A DNA stretch of 64,000 nt from the human T2T-CHM13v2.0 reference genome, Homo sapiens, in assembly GCF_009914755.1 (NCBI RefSeq), contig NC_060948.1; one strand, 5' to 3'. Made by a program: the position numbers and the translations under genes. The notes under the pieces are model-generated. The model had not been told where the DNA came from. It saw only the letters and a list, made by a program, of their open reading frames with translations, and made no database searches. Positions 1 to 13,437 of the stretch are shown here, piece after piece (within the stretch, counting starts at the first letter, position 1; the number at the start of each line of letters is the position of its first letter).

Positions 1-379
1 GGATGCCAGCATCTTGGGCCTCTACAGTGTCTTGCACCACATTCACCAGGAGGGGTGCCCACTGGCCCTGCCCACTGAAGCTTCTCTCCTTGAGTGGAAT
101 CACAGCTGGAGCTCACCATGCAGAGTGCTGAGTGCCATCTCTAATGTGCACCTTGCATCATCACTGCTTCTTAATAAAACACATGCTCACCTGCAAGGCT
201 CTTAGTCCTGTCACATTTTGTGCAAGTTGCTTGTTGCTCTGTTCACTTTTCAGAAGTGTTTATAAAGGCCATGTGCTGAGAGTCTGAGATGAAACAGTGA
301 TTAGCTGTTCATGGTAAAAACTGGCTTGTTTCATAACAACAATTGTAATAGCCACCAGCTGTCATATAATTAGGATATA

Positions 380-555
380 CTCACAACTTTATAAATGATC
401 TCTTATTTCATTGGCTCAGCAACTTTGCAAGGTAGACAGTGGAGTGCTTCTTCTTACAGAAATAAAGAAATGGAGCTTGAGGGAAGCCAGGTACCTTGCC
501 ACAAGTCGTATAACTAAAAACAATCAGGATGGAGAGTTGAACCTCCATTGGTCTT
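380..555 (-). mobile_element. MIR SINE relic
   Basis: Decayed MIR core (..ttacagaaataaagaaatggagcttgagggaagccaggtaccttgccacaagtc..); recognised by eye, boundaries approximate. Confidence 0.5.
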
Positions 556-1558
556 CCTTTCTCAAAAAAAGAGCCAAAAGGCAAAATCTATTATTATGTT
601 TTCTATGCCTTTTCAAAATTTCTTAAATGGTAAGTAATTAATACCACATGTGAATAGATAATATCAAAATCAAATACAAATATGACTGTCCAATTAAAGG
701 GGGGGAAACAATAAGGAGAAGGAAGCTTCAAAAAATAAACAAGAAACATTAGTTTTCTGCAATTCTGATATCAGTGGAGCATGTCGGTGATAACATGGTC
801 CTGCTAGTCATTTCTAGAATCGAAAGTTTTTAGCTTTATTTTACTTCCATTCAACTCCTGTGCTTCCTGGTGCAAGCTAACATCTGGAGAGAACAGAAAG
901 TTGGTTGCATAGCCACTTCCCTCAGCTTCCCCATAATCACATTAACCTGGAAAATGTGCTGAATAGGTCCTTGCTTCCTCAATCCACAAGCCATGTGTTC
1001 ACTTGAAACTCCCATTTCTGTGGTCAGTGATGGTCTTCCCATTTTTTTTTAAACACAATTCCCATACTTACTCAACAGAGAACATCACACATGCTCTTAA
1101 AAAAGAAAGTAGTATCTCGCTCAAACGCACATTAGAAATGCCAGACGGCTGTTAGGCATAGGATCCATTGTGATTTAAATTCTGCCTCACCCACTGACTT
1201 TCTTGAAGCAATCATTCAGTAAGGCTGTGGGACTTTTCCAAGTCACTGTGACACAAAACACATTTGAAAAGCAGAATAAATTTACAAGGTAAAATTCAGA
1301 GAATGAGATTCTTAGGTACTTCCAATAGTTAAGATTTTTAAAAACTTGAAACAGGATGTGTGTATATATGTATACACATAAATAAAGTATATAATCTATA
1401 TAAATAACATTGCTGTGTGTGATTTTTAAAAACTTAAGAGGAAATGCCTTTATATATAACTTACATATGTTTAATTTGTATATATTCACAAATTTACATA
1501 TTTTATTAAAAATAATGCAAGTGCATGTAATTAAGAAAGTTAAGAAGAAAGATGATTA

Positions 1559-2049
1559 TAGTAGGTTCTCACTTAACATTGTTGGTAGGCTTTTTGAAAC
1601 TGTGACTTCAAGCAAAGTTGTGCACAACAAAACCAATTTTTCTCTCTTCAACTTTATAACAAAATATTGTTGAATGAAACAACCTGCTGTATATTGGTCT
1701 TCTTAAAGTTGCAATTTCTAAGAATCGGCCAGGTGTGGAAGCTCACACCTGTAATCCCATCACTTTGGGAGGCCAAGGCAGGTGGATTGCTTAAGTTCAG
1801 GAGTTCAAGACCAGCCTAGGTAACATGATGAAACCCCATCTCTACCAAAAAGTACAAAAATTAGCCAGGTGTGATGGCATGCACCTGTAGTCCCAGCTGC
1901 TTTCCAGGATGAGGTGTGAGGATCACTTAACCCTGGGAGGTCAAGGCTGCAATGAGCTCTGGTCATGACCAGTCTGGGAGCCATAGAGAGACCCTATCTC
2001 AAAAGAAAAAAATTCTGAGAATCTATTGATGCTAAGTGAGGACTTATTG
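1559..2049 (-). mobile_element. MER6B-like TcMar-Tigger MITE, split by an AluJ
   Basis: TIRs tagtaggttctcacttaacattg (1559-) and ttgatgctaagtgaggacttattg (-2049), each flanked by TA; body resumes after the Alu. Confidence 0.75.
1727..2011 (+). mobile_element. AluJ
   Basis: Dimeric Alu with J diagnostics (ggatcacttaaccctgggaggtcaaggctgca); TSD-like aatttctaagaatc / aattctgagaatc. Confidence 0.93.
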
Positions 2050-2110
2050 TATTTATGAGTTAAATATATTTATTACTTTTTTACACACACATATAGATAC
2101 ATGCATGTGT

Positions 2111-2113
<3 letters not shown>

Positions 2114-2156
<43 letters not shown>

Positions 2157-2179
2157 CTGGCTCTTGCTTCTTTGGAAGT
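2114..2179 (-). mobile_element. Orphan L1-mediated micro-insertion: 25 nt + poly(A)41
   Basis: T41 (2114-2154) followed by 25 unique nt; flanked by atgtgtgg(a)tttt (2105-2117) and atgtgtggtttt (2180-2191); minus-strand TT/AAAA site. Confidence 0.7.
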
Positions 2180-2596
2180 ATGTGTGGTTTTAACAAACTT
2201 AAGATGAAAGGTCTTTATATATAATATATGTATGTATTTTGTTTTACCTGTTTAATTTTGTTCTTTTGTGGGCACATTTTAATTGAATATGTTTATTTGA
2301 TTGTTGTTGTATCAACATAAAATGATAACATTTGGAAAGCATCTATTTCAAGTCATTTTCCTAGGGCCATTGAAACCACTCTGAGAGAATCTTAGAGGCA
2401 ATCAATTTCGATGACTCCATCCTTCTGGAGTAAACTTGGATACCAGTTAAAGAAAGGTAATTTACCAGGACTTGGGTTTTGGTTTAATAATAAAGCTATA
2501 GCTTGAAACACGGAAATGCAATATAGCAAGGAAAAGGCTGTGATTAAACCTGTTCCTGAAGAATGGGAAGGGAATGATAATTAAAAACCACAAATA

Positions 2597-2896
2597 GGCC
2601 AGGTGTGGTGGTTCACGCCTGTAATCCTAATACTTTGGGAGGCTGAGGTGGGTGGATTGCCTGAGCTCTGGAGTTCGAGACCAGCCTGGGCAACATTGTG
2701 AAACCCTGTCTCTACTAAAAACACAAAAATAGCCCAGCATGGTGGCATTTGCTTATAGTTACAGTTACTTGGAAAACTGAGGCAGAAGAATTGCTTGAAC
2801 CCAGGAGGTGGAGGTTGCAGTGAGCCGAGATTGTGCCATTGCACTCCAGCCTGGGCAAGAGAGTGAGACTCTGTCTCAAGAAAAAAAAAAAAAAAA
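2597..2896 (+). mobile_element. AluS-type, full length
   Basis: ggccaggtgtggtggttcacgcctgtaatcc... gagactctgtctc + A tail. Confidence 0.95.
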
Positions 2897-4792
2897 TACA
2901 AGGACGGTCCCCAAATGACAGATATGAGAGCACATTTGGTTTTTTAATGTTTCTAGACTTTATGAAAGTGACAAATGGCTTGGAAGAAAATAGTTGAGCC
3001 CATTGTGAATGTATATAGAGCTCACCGCAGATTATTTTTTGCAGTTGTGGATGATGCAATAAGGAGACTATAAGCTGGATTCTGGGGCTCCAGGCCTGTT
3101 CCTTCTGCATGGCTAAGAGGAGAACCCTTCGGTGAGCACCTTGTTGCTCTCATCCCACTTGCCTGATGTGCATTGAGATGCTTGTTCCTTGATTCAGGGC
3201 CCTAATTATCAAGCCTAGGAATTTGCTCATGCAATTGCTGCATGCCCAGTCTTTGAGAATGAGTCTTTGCTTGTTAATCTCTGATTGCATGTGCCCTTCT
3301 TCAGTGGGACTACAGGATTTTCTACCAACAGTCTCTCTAATGAGCTCTTTCTAGGTAGAGGCCTAAGCACAAAGAATGCCCAGTGTTAGCTGGTGGATTC
3401 CTGTGCAATGCTTCTGATGGTTGACAGAGTTATTAGGAATGTCAAACATCAGGTAGGTTCAACCCTGAACAATTTCATTAATTATCTACGCAGATTCATA
3501 TACCAAAGTCTGTGTTTTTCATGATCTTAAAGTACCATGGTTTTCATAGCTCTGTAAAGTAAGATCTTTTCACTTCTGCCCTCTCAAAATTGCCAAAAGG
3601 AAGCATCTATTTCTTTTTGCCAGGCAACATGCACTGGGACATTATACTAATCAGTAAAGGGTTATTGATTAGAGGGGCCTAGGATTTATACTTCTGCCTG
3701 CCTTACTGGTGAGAAATCTGTTGTCACAAGTGATTAAGCACTTTTTGGAGGTCACACAGCTAGTAGGTGCTAGAATCAGAATGCCATGTCTGTCTGACTC
3801 CAACGTCCCTGAACCGCATATTAAGATAAAGTATTCTGGGGAATATTTATGGTAACAGGATATTCATTTGACAGCATGGTCAAATGATATGCAAACAAAA
3901 ATGGCATCCTGTAAGAATTTTTCATGTAGATAGCCAGGAACCCTATGGATCTCTGGCCTCAAGCAAGAAGAGAAGTGGGACTTATGAAGAGGTTTCTGTG
4001 GCACTGTATCCTTACCTCTTCCCTAGTGGGTTTAGGTTTTCTTTTTCCTTGTTCCGTAAATGAAATACACACAAGTGACATGGCATGCCTGTCTCTTGGC
4101 CTCAGTCCAGTATGGAGGATTCAGCGACACCCCTCAGAGAGGTTGCTATTTAATTGTGCATCTGTTGGAGGCATAAGGGGCTGGCACCTGACCCCTGCCT
4201 GATGTGCTAAAGGGACTTCTGAGCTCATGGGCTAGGGGGGATGTGTTCATTTAGCTTTCACTTCCAGAGTCCTTCAAACTAATATGCATGCCTAGATAAC
4301 TTTAATGACTGGATGAGACCAGCAGGAGGAAAACTTCCTGCCATTTGGACTATTGGCCTACAAAATCTGCTGGGATGAGGAGGAGACCCTATCAGAGAGG
4401 CACCAGTGGAAAATCAGTTGGAGGGACAGAAGATACCACCAGTCTCTCAGGAGTTGCAGTTGGGGGCGATCCAGCTCGCTGGCTTCCAGGAACTTAAGAA
4501 AATGCCTTTTAGGATGGCCTAAAATGTTTTCATGTCAGTACCAATGACGTAAGAACTTTCTGTTCCTTTTTGCCTTCCTTTCCTGCTACTCTTCAGGTGG
4601 GGAGATGTGTAACCACAGCAGGGCGAATGAGGGAGGAGGACAGTTGAGAAAGCCAGTCACTTCCCTGTGTGTGCCCTCCATTTCAAGACCACAAAAAGCA
4701 TGCCTTAGCTGGGGGTAGGGTAGGGAAGAAAAGTAGTCTTACCTTGGAATTAAAACGGCCAAGATTTAGTATTGCATTCGACATTTAATTTT

Positions 4793-4870
4793 GTCACCTA
4801 AGGGAGCTGACAAGCTCCATAAATTACCCCAGCTACCCAAGATTAATAACTTTATACTGAAAGGAAGTAA
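4793..4870 (+). repeat. 78-bp dispersed direct repeat, copy 1 (copy 2 at 7147-7224)
   Basis: gtcacctaagggagctgacaagctccataaatt...tatactgaaaggaagtaa; 73/78 identical to copy 2 by manual alignment. Confidence 0.95.
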
Positions 4871-4878
4871 ATACATAC

Positions 4879-4912
<34 letters not shown>

Positions 4913-4921
4913 ATACACACA
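4871..4921. repeat. (TA)n(TG)n microsatellite at the tail of an AluJ
   Basis: Direct reading. Confidence 0.9.
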
Positions 4922-4924
4922 CTT

Positions 4925-5197
4925 TAAGTCAGGGTCTTGCTGTGTCACCCGGTTTAGAGTGCACTGGCACAATCATGGCTCCCTGAAGCATCAAACTCCT
5001 GGGCTCAAGTGATTTTCCCACTTCAGCCTCCCGAGTAGTTGGGACCATAGGCATGTGCCACCATTTTTAGCTAAATATTTTGAGAGATGGTTTCTCGCTA
5101 TGTTGGCTAGGCTGGTCTTAAACCCCTGGCCTCGAGCAATCCTTCCACCTTGGCCTCCCAAAGAGCTGAGTTTACAAATGTGAACCACCATGCCCAG
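4925..5197 (-). mobile_element. AluJ
   Basis: agggtcttgctgtgtcaccc...aatcatggct...gggctcaagtga...accaccatgcccag. Confidence 0.92.
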
Positions 5198-5396
5198 AAA
5201 CAACAGAGACTTTATTTTGATTGGTATACTTGAGCTGGTTCAGGGACATCTGATGGATATAGAAAGAGACAAAAGATTTTTTGTATAGTACATTAATTAA
5301 TTCTGTTAACACAAAGCACATAAAATCAGAATGTTCTTCATCATAGTTTTGCCCTTTCCATTGATTGATTGATTGACTGATTGCTACCCGAGCTTC

Positions 5397-5476
5397 AGTA
5401 TTGAGACATGCTATCTCTCTGTTCAGTGATGCTGCCGGTACTGAGATACGCTGTCTCTCTATTCAGTGATGCTGCC
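5397..5476. repeat. 40-bp tandem duplication (2 copies)
   Basis: agtattgagacatgctatctctctgttcagtgatgctgcc / ggtactgagatacgctgtctctctattcagtgatgctgcc. Confidence 0.9.
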
Positions 5477-5786
5477 ATTGGTGTTTGTTGGACAATATTT
5501 CATTGAACCTAATTTGGAGGAAAAGATGTTTAGCTGTAGATACAATGAAGGGAATGTCAGCTCTTTCCAGCCTCATGTACTCCTGCTGCCGCGTCATGGG
5601 CAGCAGGGGTATTGCCTGTGTTGGCTGAGTTCATCGGTTTTCTCCTTACTGTTGCCTTTGATTTTGTCCTTTGGCATAGGTTCCTCTCTCCACTCCAAAA
5701 ACATATTCCAGAACTGAATTCCTGCAAAATTCTTTTAATTCTAAATGACCTCAAGTGAAACATTCCCCTTTCCTTTCCTAACAAAC

Positions 5787-5895
5787 TTCTCATGAAAGTG
5801 ATACTAGCTTTCTCTAGTCCTTCTCATGAAATTGATAACTGTCATTCTCTAGTCCTTCTCATTAAAGTGGTAACTAGCTTTCTCTATTTCTTCTC
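5787..5895. repeat. 34-35-bp minisatellite, about 3 copies
   Basis: Unit ttctcatgaaagtgataactagctttctctagtcc at 5787, 5821, 5856. Confidence 0.88.
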
Positions 5896-6116
5896 CTCTG
5901 GTTACTTTCATATTCATTGGATCTCATGCATGGTACAGGTATTCAGACCCAGGTCTTTGATTTCAAAACTAACTGGCAATGGAACAGCAGGAAATGTCAA
6001 ATATGTCCCCACTTGTTAAAAAGTCATTTCTTGACAACTATTAGGCATCTGAGATTAGTTATCAATCTACTGTCAATGATTGAGTGCATCTAACAGGTTC
6101 AAAATACTGACTTTAA

Positions 6117-6410
6117 GAACTCATAGAAACAATAGTACAATGGCGGTTACCAGGGGCAGAGAGTGCAGGTGGAAGGATGGGGAGATGTTGGTTAAGGGGT
6201 ACAAGGTTTAAATTAGACAGCAGAAATACGTTCAGGAGATCCATTTTACAACATGGTGACTGAAGTTAATAGTAATTCATTGTATACTTGAAATGTGGTA
6301 AGGGAACAGAGCTTTAATGTTCTTAATCACAAAAACTGAGAAGTATATAAGGTGCTGGATATGTTAATTGATTTGATGTAATCATTCTACATTGTATGCA
6401 CATAAAGCAC
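6117..6410 (+). mobile_element. L1MA-type 3' UTR fragment
   Basis: ggggagatgttggttaaggggtacaag...acaacatggtgact...ttgtatacttgaaa. Confidence 0.8.
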
Positions 6411-6456
6411 AGTCTTGGGATTATAATTACTAGAGAGTGTTCCTCATACTCTACAG

Positions 6457-6961
6457 CAGTGGTCCCCAGTCTTTGGGACCAGTTTTGTCAAAGACAAGTT
6501 CTCCCTGGACCTGGGGTGAGGGTTTATGGTTTTGGAATGATTTAAATGCATTACATTTATTGTGCACTTTATTTCTATTATTATATTACAATACATAATA
6601 AAATGTTATACAACTCACCAAAATGTAGCTGAGGTTCTTTTCCTACAACCACAGATGGTGCCATCTGGGGGTGATGGGAGACCACGATAGATCATCAGGC
6701 ATTAGCTTCTCATAAAGAGCACACAGCCTAGATCCCTCACATGTGCAGTTCATAATACGAGTCATGCTCCTGTGAGAATCTCATGCTGCCACTGACCTGA
6801 CAGGAGGTGGAGCTCAAGTGATAATGAGAGTGATGGGTAGTGGCTGTAAATATAGATGATGCTTCACTCCTTCACCCACTGCTCACCTCCTGCTGTGCAG
6901 CTAGGTTCTTAACAGGCCACGGACCAGTACCATTCCACGGCCCTGGGGCCAGGGATCCCTG
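6457..6961 (-). mobile_element. MER1A (hAT-Charlie)
   Basis: cagtggtcccca.../...gggatccctg ends; 8-bp TSD ctctacag / ctccacag; about 505 bp. Confidence 0.9.
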
Positions 6962-7146
6962 CTCCACAGAGTCAGCATTCGGGGGGATACAGCCTTCACT
7001 CTCGCATTCTCCAAAGCTCGCAGGCAAAAATTGGACATTGACTGTCCCAAGGTTACTTCTGCCTGTAAAACTAGGTGTCAATTTAATGAATGTTACTACC
7101 ATTGTCGGGGGAGTGGTAGTCAAACATTAGGTAATTTATAAAAATC

Positions 7147-7224
7147 GTCACCTGAGAGAGCTGACAAGCTCCATAAATTCTCCCAGCTACCCAAGATTAA
7201 TAACGTTATACTGAAAGGAAGTAA
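7147..7224 (+). repeat. 78-bp dispersed direct repeat, copy 2
   Basis: Matches 4793-4870 with 5 mismatches. Confidence 0.95.
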
Positions 7225-7379
7225 TTATGAATTTGCCTCCAAATCACTTTTTTAAAATCCACACTCCAAAAATTGACTAACTGTCCTCATAAGTCAGACA
7301 CCACTTATCAGCTTGGTCGCAGCATGGAAAACTCAGAGCTGCCTCTCCTTGATGGCATGCTTCTAAATGCGATAATTAA

Positions 7380-7707
<328 letters not shown>

Positions 7708-7899
7708 AGGAAGGCAATGTTTAATGCCCATTAAGCAAACGCTTGTTATTTTGGTAGGCAGGGCCTCTTTGTCTGCTCACCAAAAAAGATGGATGCTATT
7801 CAATAGTAAAGTAACAAATTAATGCTTAATCACTTATGATTTTTAAAGTTCTGCACACATTTATGGATTCAATAAAGTATCATTTTTCAATGGAATTGT

Positions 7900-7990
7900 T
7901 AGAACCCCAAATCTCAGTGTCACACAACATACCCTTGTAAAAAACCTGCACATGTACCCACTTAATCTAAAATTTAAAAAGAAAAAAAAA
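7900..7990 (+). mobile_element. Short L1P 3'-end fragment with A tail
   Basis: ...aaacctgcacatgtacccacttaatctaaaat + A-rich tail. Confidence 0.75.
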
Positions 7991-8359
7991 TTATTGCTTT
8001 GTAGCCTAAAATGTTAAAAATACAAATACCAGTCTGCCAACTATCAGATCCTGGAGACATCAAATCAAAACTTGTTTGTTAAAGGTGTCATTATGAACAC
8101 CTGGGTTAATAAAGGAAGTACAGGACAAGACACATAAAGGGTGAAGAATAACAGATACTGTTTTAGAGCCTCCCATGAAGGTAACTGTAAGGTGTCAGGA
8201 GAAACACCCTCAGAGCATCGGAAGTGACTCTGCAAAGGACTCCTGGGGTTTGCTCGTCCAGGTCTCACAGTGAACTGGCCTGTCACAGCGCATGTGCATG
8301 CCAACATCACCTACAGGCAGTGGGTTTCAGGTTGTTTACTGACTTAGCTCTGGCCTTCA

Positions 8360-8775
<416 letters not shown>

Positions 8776-9494
8776 CAACCAGTGATGATTCTTTTTGTCA
8801 TACCTTTATTCTATTTTCTAAGGGTCCCCTGATATTGGCTTTATCTGTCTATCTTAGAGCAGGCACTTATTAATTCATCCTGCAGTGGTTAGCAAAAACA
8901 GTTAGGGTCTAGCAGAAAAGGAGAGAGGTAAAACTATTACATATATGCATGCTGTAGGGGTGGGCTCAGTACAGATAATGTGTCCTCATGTGCAGAGTGC
9001 TGTCTTCCTCTTGAGTGAGTTCTATTCCCCTGGCCTCGGCTGGCAGATACTCCTTATCATGGGGTGGTTGTAACTTGCAGCAAGGCTTCCTGGAGAGCTT
9101 TTGGGGCTGGGTACCTAACTACAAGCAGAAACCTTGGATTCTAGCATTCCCACTGACCTTTCACCAGTCTAGTCCTTGTGTCTGTAGTGTCTTTTCATAA
9201 ACACAAGCTATTATTGGAGAGATTGGTAGAATATTGGATAGGAAAGTACTGTGAACAACAGTAAGTGCACATGGATTGCATAAGGTCCCTGGGGTTGATT
9301 TATGGATGCTGCTTTGAGAAATGATAGAAATGAGGATATTTATGACAGTTCTCAGATATGACAAGACAGTGAGCTCCCAATCAGCTTGGTCTTCCATTTC
9401 GCTACTTCCCTAGACTCTCGGGGGCATAATTTAGGGACCTCCATCAGTTCTTACAGAAGGGATCTTACATCAGTTCCTCCATCAGTTCTGCTTG

Positions 9495-9700
9495 CAATGA
9501 GCTGAATAGTCCCCCCAAAATCATGTGATTTCCATGACCTCAGAATGTGACCTTTTTTGGAAATAGGGTTATGGCAGATGTAATTAGCAAAGTTAAGATG
9601 AGGTCATACGGGAGTAGGGTAGGCCCCCATCCAATATGACTAGTGTCTTTATCAAAAAAGAGGACACTTGTGGAAACAGGATGTGAAGATGCACAGCATA
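9495..9700 (+). mobile_element. MLT1 (MaLR) LTR, 5' part
   Basis: cctcagaatgtgaccttttttggaaataggg...gttaagatgaggtcatac...ccaatatgactagtgtc. Confidence 0.85.
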
Positions 9701-10064
9701 AATGCCCTATTTTCACAAAGGCAAAAATTCGGGTGATAGATCTATGAGCCAAGGAGTGCTAGCAATCAAATACATGCTTTATATATCCTTGATTGTTTTC
9801 ACATTTGCAGTTTTTATCCAGGTTGATATTCATAAGATATACTTTTGCACAGGTAATCATCTCCAGTTCTGTATTAATCTTAAACCCTAAGACTATTTAT
9901 AATTCCCCAGGAGAAAGCTTCAGAACTCATTGTACAATTTAAGCAATAAATCTGCAAATGCTTAGTAAGACCTCCCTCTGTCTGCTGCTAGACACAAACT
10001 TGTGGACAACAGAAATAAAAAGAAAATGTGGCTTCCCTTGGGAGAATTACACAGTGGATTTAGG

Positions 10065-10200
10065 GAGACAAGATGTGAATGGCCTCCAAACTAAGATGCA
10101 GAAGGGCAAAATTACTTGCCCAAGATCACGCAAGTAATGACTCACAGAACTGGAATTTAAGTCCCACTGTGCCTGATCTACAGCTAAGGTTTTTACTGTT
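10065..10200 (-). mobile_element. MIR relic
   Basis: acttgcccaagatcacgcaagtaatgactcacagaactggaattta. Confidence 0.55.
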
Positions 10201-10695
10201 TCCTAAGGCACACAGAGTTGGTTACAGTGGATATTGATCATATCACCAATGTAATCTTGCAAATGAAGACATTTCCATTTGTAGAGCATAAGAATGAGAA
10301 TAATCAAATGATTCCGAATGCCTTCCATTCTTTTTGAGATATCAGATTACCAGTTAACTCTTTCAATATTGCAATACCTTTAGCATAAATGGAAGACTAA
10401 CAATTCTACCACCCTGAACAAACCAAAAAGTGGCCTGAGTAACTAACTGTGCAAAACACAAATCAAATTCATTGGCCAGTTTGAAACTATCCCCAAGCCA
10501 CAAGGACGCAGCAGAAGAAAATTCTGCAGTTGAAATTCTTCTTCCTTATTAGGTCAACATTATTATGTTTAGCTGATTTAGGGAATTTGCTTCATCACAA
10601 ATTCAAATCTGGTTCTATTTTAGGCATCAATGACATTTTATAGTTAGGCTCAACCACCAAAAATTCTAGCAATTTCTATTATGGTTTTGAAATAA

Positions 10696-11046
<351 letters not shown>

Positions 11047-11949
11047 TTGACTGGAATTTTTAAAAAATTATTTTACTCTGCCAGTTAAAATTTTACTTCT
11101 TCAAGACAGGAGCTTCTGTGAATCAGGAATGTTACTGATTTGGTCTGATAATTCCAGTGGTTCTTTATGTATAGAGGTATGACACCAGATTAAACTTATA
11201 GTATTTCCACAGTGTTGGGTAATACATGCTGAATATTGATACACATTCCAAATATCTCATCTGAAGCCCTGATAGCTAGGTGTTTTCTGGACTTCAGTTA
11301 TGCATATTTTAGGGAGATAATATATGCCTTTACCTTACCTTCCAAGACATTCTCAGCAGGGAAGGACAACACTCAATAATCAAACATATTAATATTTCTG
11401 CAGAAAAAATATACGAATATTCCTGTCAGTGGGATGCAGGAAGACCACAAGTGGTATAATAAAGTACTTTTTTGTTGCAATGCACTGATAAATTAAATTG
11501 TGTAATGACAGACCATCAATACCCTGGACATTTCCTATTTCTAATGTCAGAAAGAGTCAATTCAAAATAAGTTAAATACCTTTACACATAATTGCAACAT
11601 ACATCTGTGACCTTTGGATTCTTGGATTTTTTTAATAACAGGATGCATGAGGGATGTGATTGGTCTCTCATTTTTTTAAGAAGAGGTTGCATCTCAGGGA
11701 TGTCATTGGTCTCTCTGAGTTGACCATGTATTGATGGCTACAGAATAAGTATGATAAAGGAACCACTTCTTTAAGGACAAAACGGCAATGTGAAAAATGA
11801 CCCTTTAAAAGACTTCTCCCATTGCCATATGCCCTGTGAACCTGGATTTCTCTCAGAGCATTTTCTCTCTAGATGAAAAAATTCTTTTACCTGCTCATTC
11901 TTGAGGCCTACAATAAACACATTACACATTCTAACCCTATCATCTAGGT

Positions 11950-12145
11950 GAGGGGTTGGCAAACATTTTCTATATAGGACTACTTAGTTAATATTTTCAG
12001 CCTTGTGGAGGATACAGTCAGCTCTGCAATTGTAGTTCAAAATTAGATGTATAAAGGAATGGGCATGGTGTATTTCAATAAATCTTTATTTACAAATACA
12101 GGTGGTAGGCTGGGTTTGTCCATGACCATACTTATGTGACCCCTG
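11950..12145 (+). mobile_element. MER58A (hAT-Charlie)
   Basis: aggggttggcaaac...aataaatctttatttacaaatacaggtggtaggc...gacccctg. Confidence 0.8.
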
Positions 12146-13190
12146 TTGCAAGGTTTTTTTTTTTTACTGTCATTCACAATTCCATTATTATTATTATTAT
12201 GCTTATCTATGCTTATCAGTATACAGCAAACATGGAGTTAAAGAACATGCACATCTGCTCTTGATGGAATACAAAATTCCTTGGCCATAAGGTTATGTTA
12301 TATACATTTCATATTGAGGAAAAGAGCAGTACCTAAAACATTTCATTTTTAATGAAGTCTCAAGGAGTGAGGACACTCCAGAAACTATATTGTTTTATGG
12401 TTTTCTGTTAGCCCAGATTGTCTGCTACTGGTTACTTGTTATTAGATTACTCAAAAAATGTTTCTCAGGAAATTCTTATTGGCATGGTGATGAATAGATA
12501 AATTGAATTAACATTTCCATCATCATGGATGTTGGCTTTTTCCAATCATTGACAAATTTACTTTGTGTTTGCCTGGAGCATTGACACAACCAGACCGTCA
12601 ATCTGAGCTTGCAAACATCTCTTCCATTGGCTTTTGTTAGGTGTTATGAATGGAACAAGATGGTTCAGTCTGGGTTTTGATGCTCACTACAACAAAATGG
12701 GCATTACAAAAATCATTTGATTTTCAGGGTGTTTTGTGTCTCAGAATTATGGACAATGGATAGCAGACCCCAATGCCATTTTTAGATCGCAATCATTTTT
12801 AGCCTTGTACAACTGGAACTTCATTTGGAAGGGGCATGCAAATGATAAAAAAAAATGGCCAAGCAAATGATGGTTATGAAGATTATAGAGACTCAAGGGG
12901 ATAAATATGCATACTTATTTTTGAACACACAAATCAGAATGGAGGTTCCTCATAGTAAAGCAGGATTACACTCTTGATCTTCTTCGATCTTCTTTGACTA
13001 TGGTTTGCATTATATATTTTATAGAAAAGACATACTTGCATATAAGTTGTGAGAGTAACAGAAGAACCACCATAAATAGTTACTAGGTATGATTGTTTGA
13101 GTCTGCTGGGTACCATTTCCCTCAACCCCTAAATTTGCCTGTGCTTGTGGCCACTACCACTTTAAGGAGTATTTGATAAGTGGTCTAACA

Positions 13191-13437
13191 CAACATTCCT
13201 AAACCTTGGCACTATTGACACTTGGGAGAAGACCATTCTTTGTTGATTGAGGGTGGGCACTGGGCTACATAATTCTTTTTGGTGGGGGCTGCCCTGTGCA
13301 TTGTAAGATATTTACCAGAATTTCTGCCCTCTGCCTACTGGATACCATTAGCATCCCCCTATTGCAATAACCAAACCTGTTTCTACATATTACTTGCTAT
13401 TCCTAGTGGGGTAAAGTTGCTACTGGGTGAGAACCTA
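13191..13437 (-). mobile_element. MER20 (hAT-Charlie)
   Basis: aaccttggcactattgacacttggg...ggggctgccctgtgcattgtaagat...gagaacc. Confidence 0.8.

Noticed and set aside
1-205. GC-richer stretch with an open frame and AATAAA (173-178), possible last exon or processed-pseudogene end
   Set aside because: No protein recognised in any frame, no poly(A) tail or TSD, and truncated by the window edge; needs BLAST
2581-3110. Alu-derived ORFs (also 7273, 10723, 17762, 30936, 60274)
   Set aside because: Typical antisense-Alu translations with no exon evidence
11650-11715. 20-bp direct repeat 46 bp apart (also a ~38-bp AT-rich repeat at 26988/27211)
   Set aside because: Short local duplications with no element between them; no further structure
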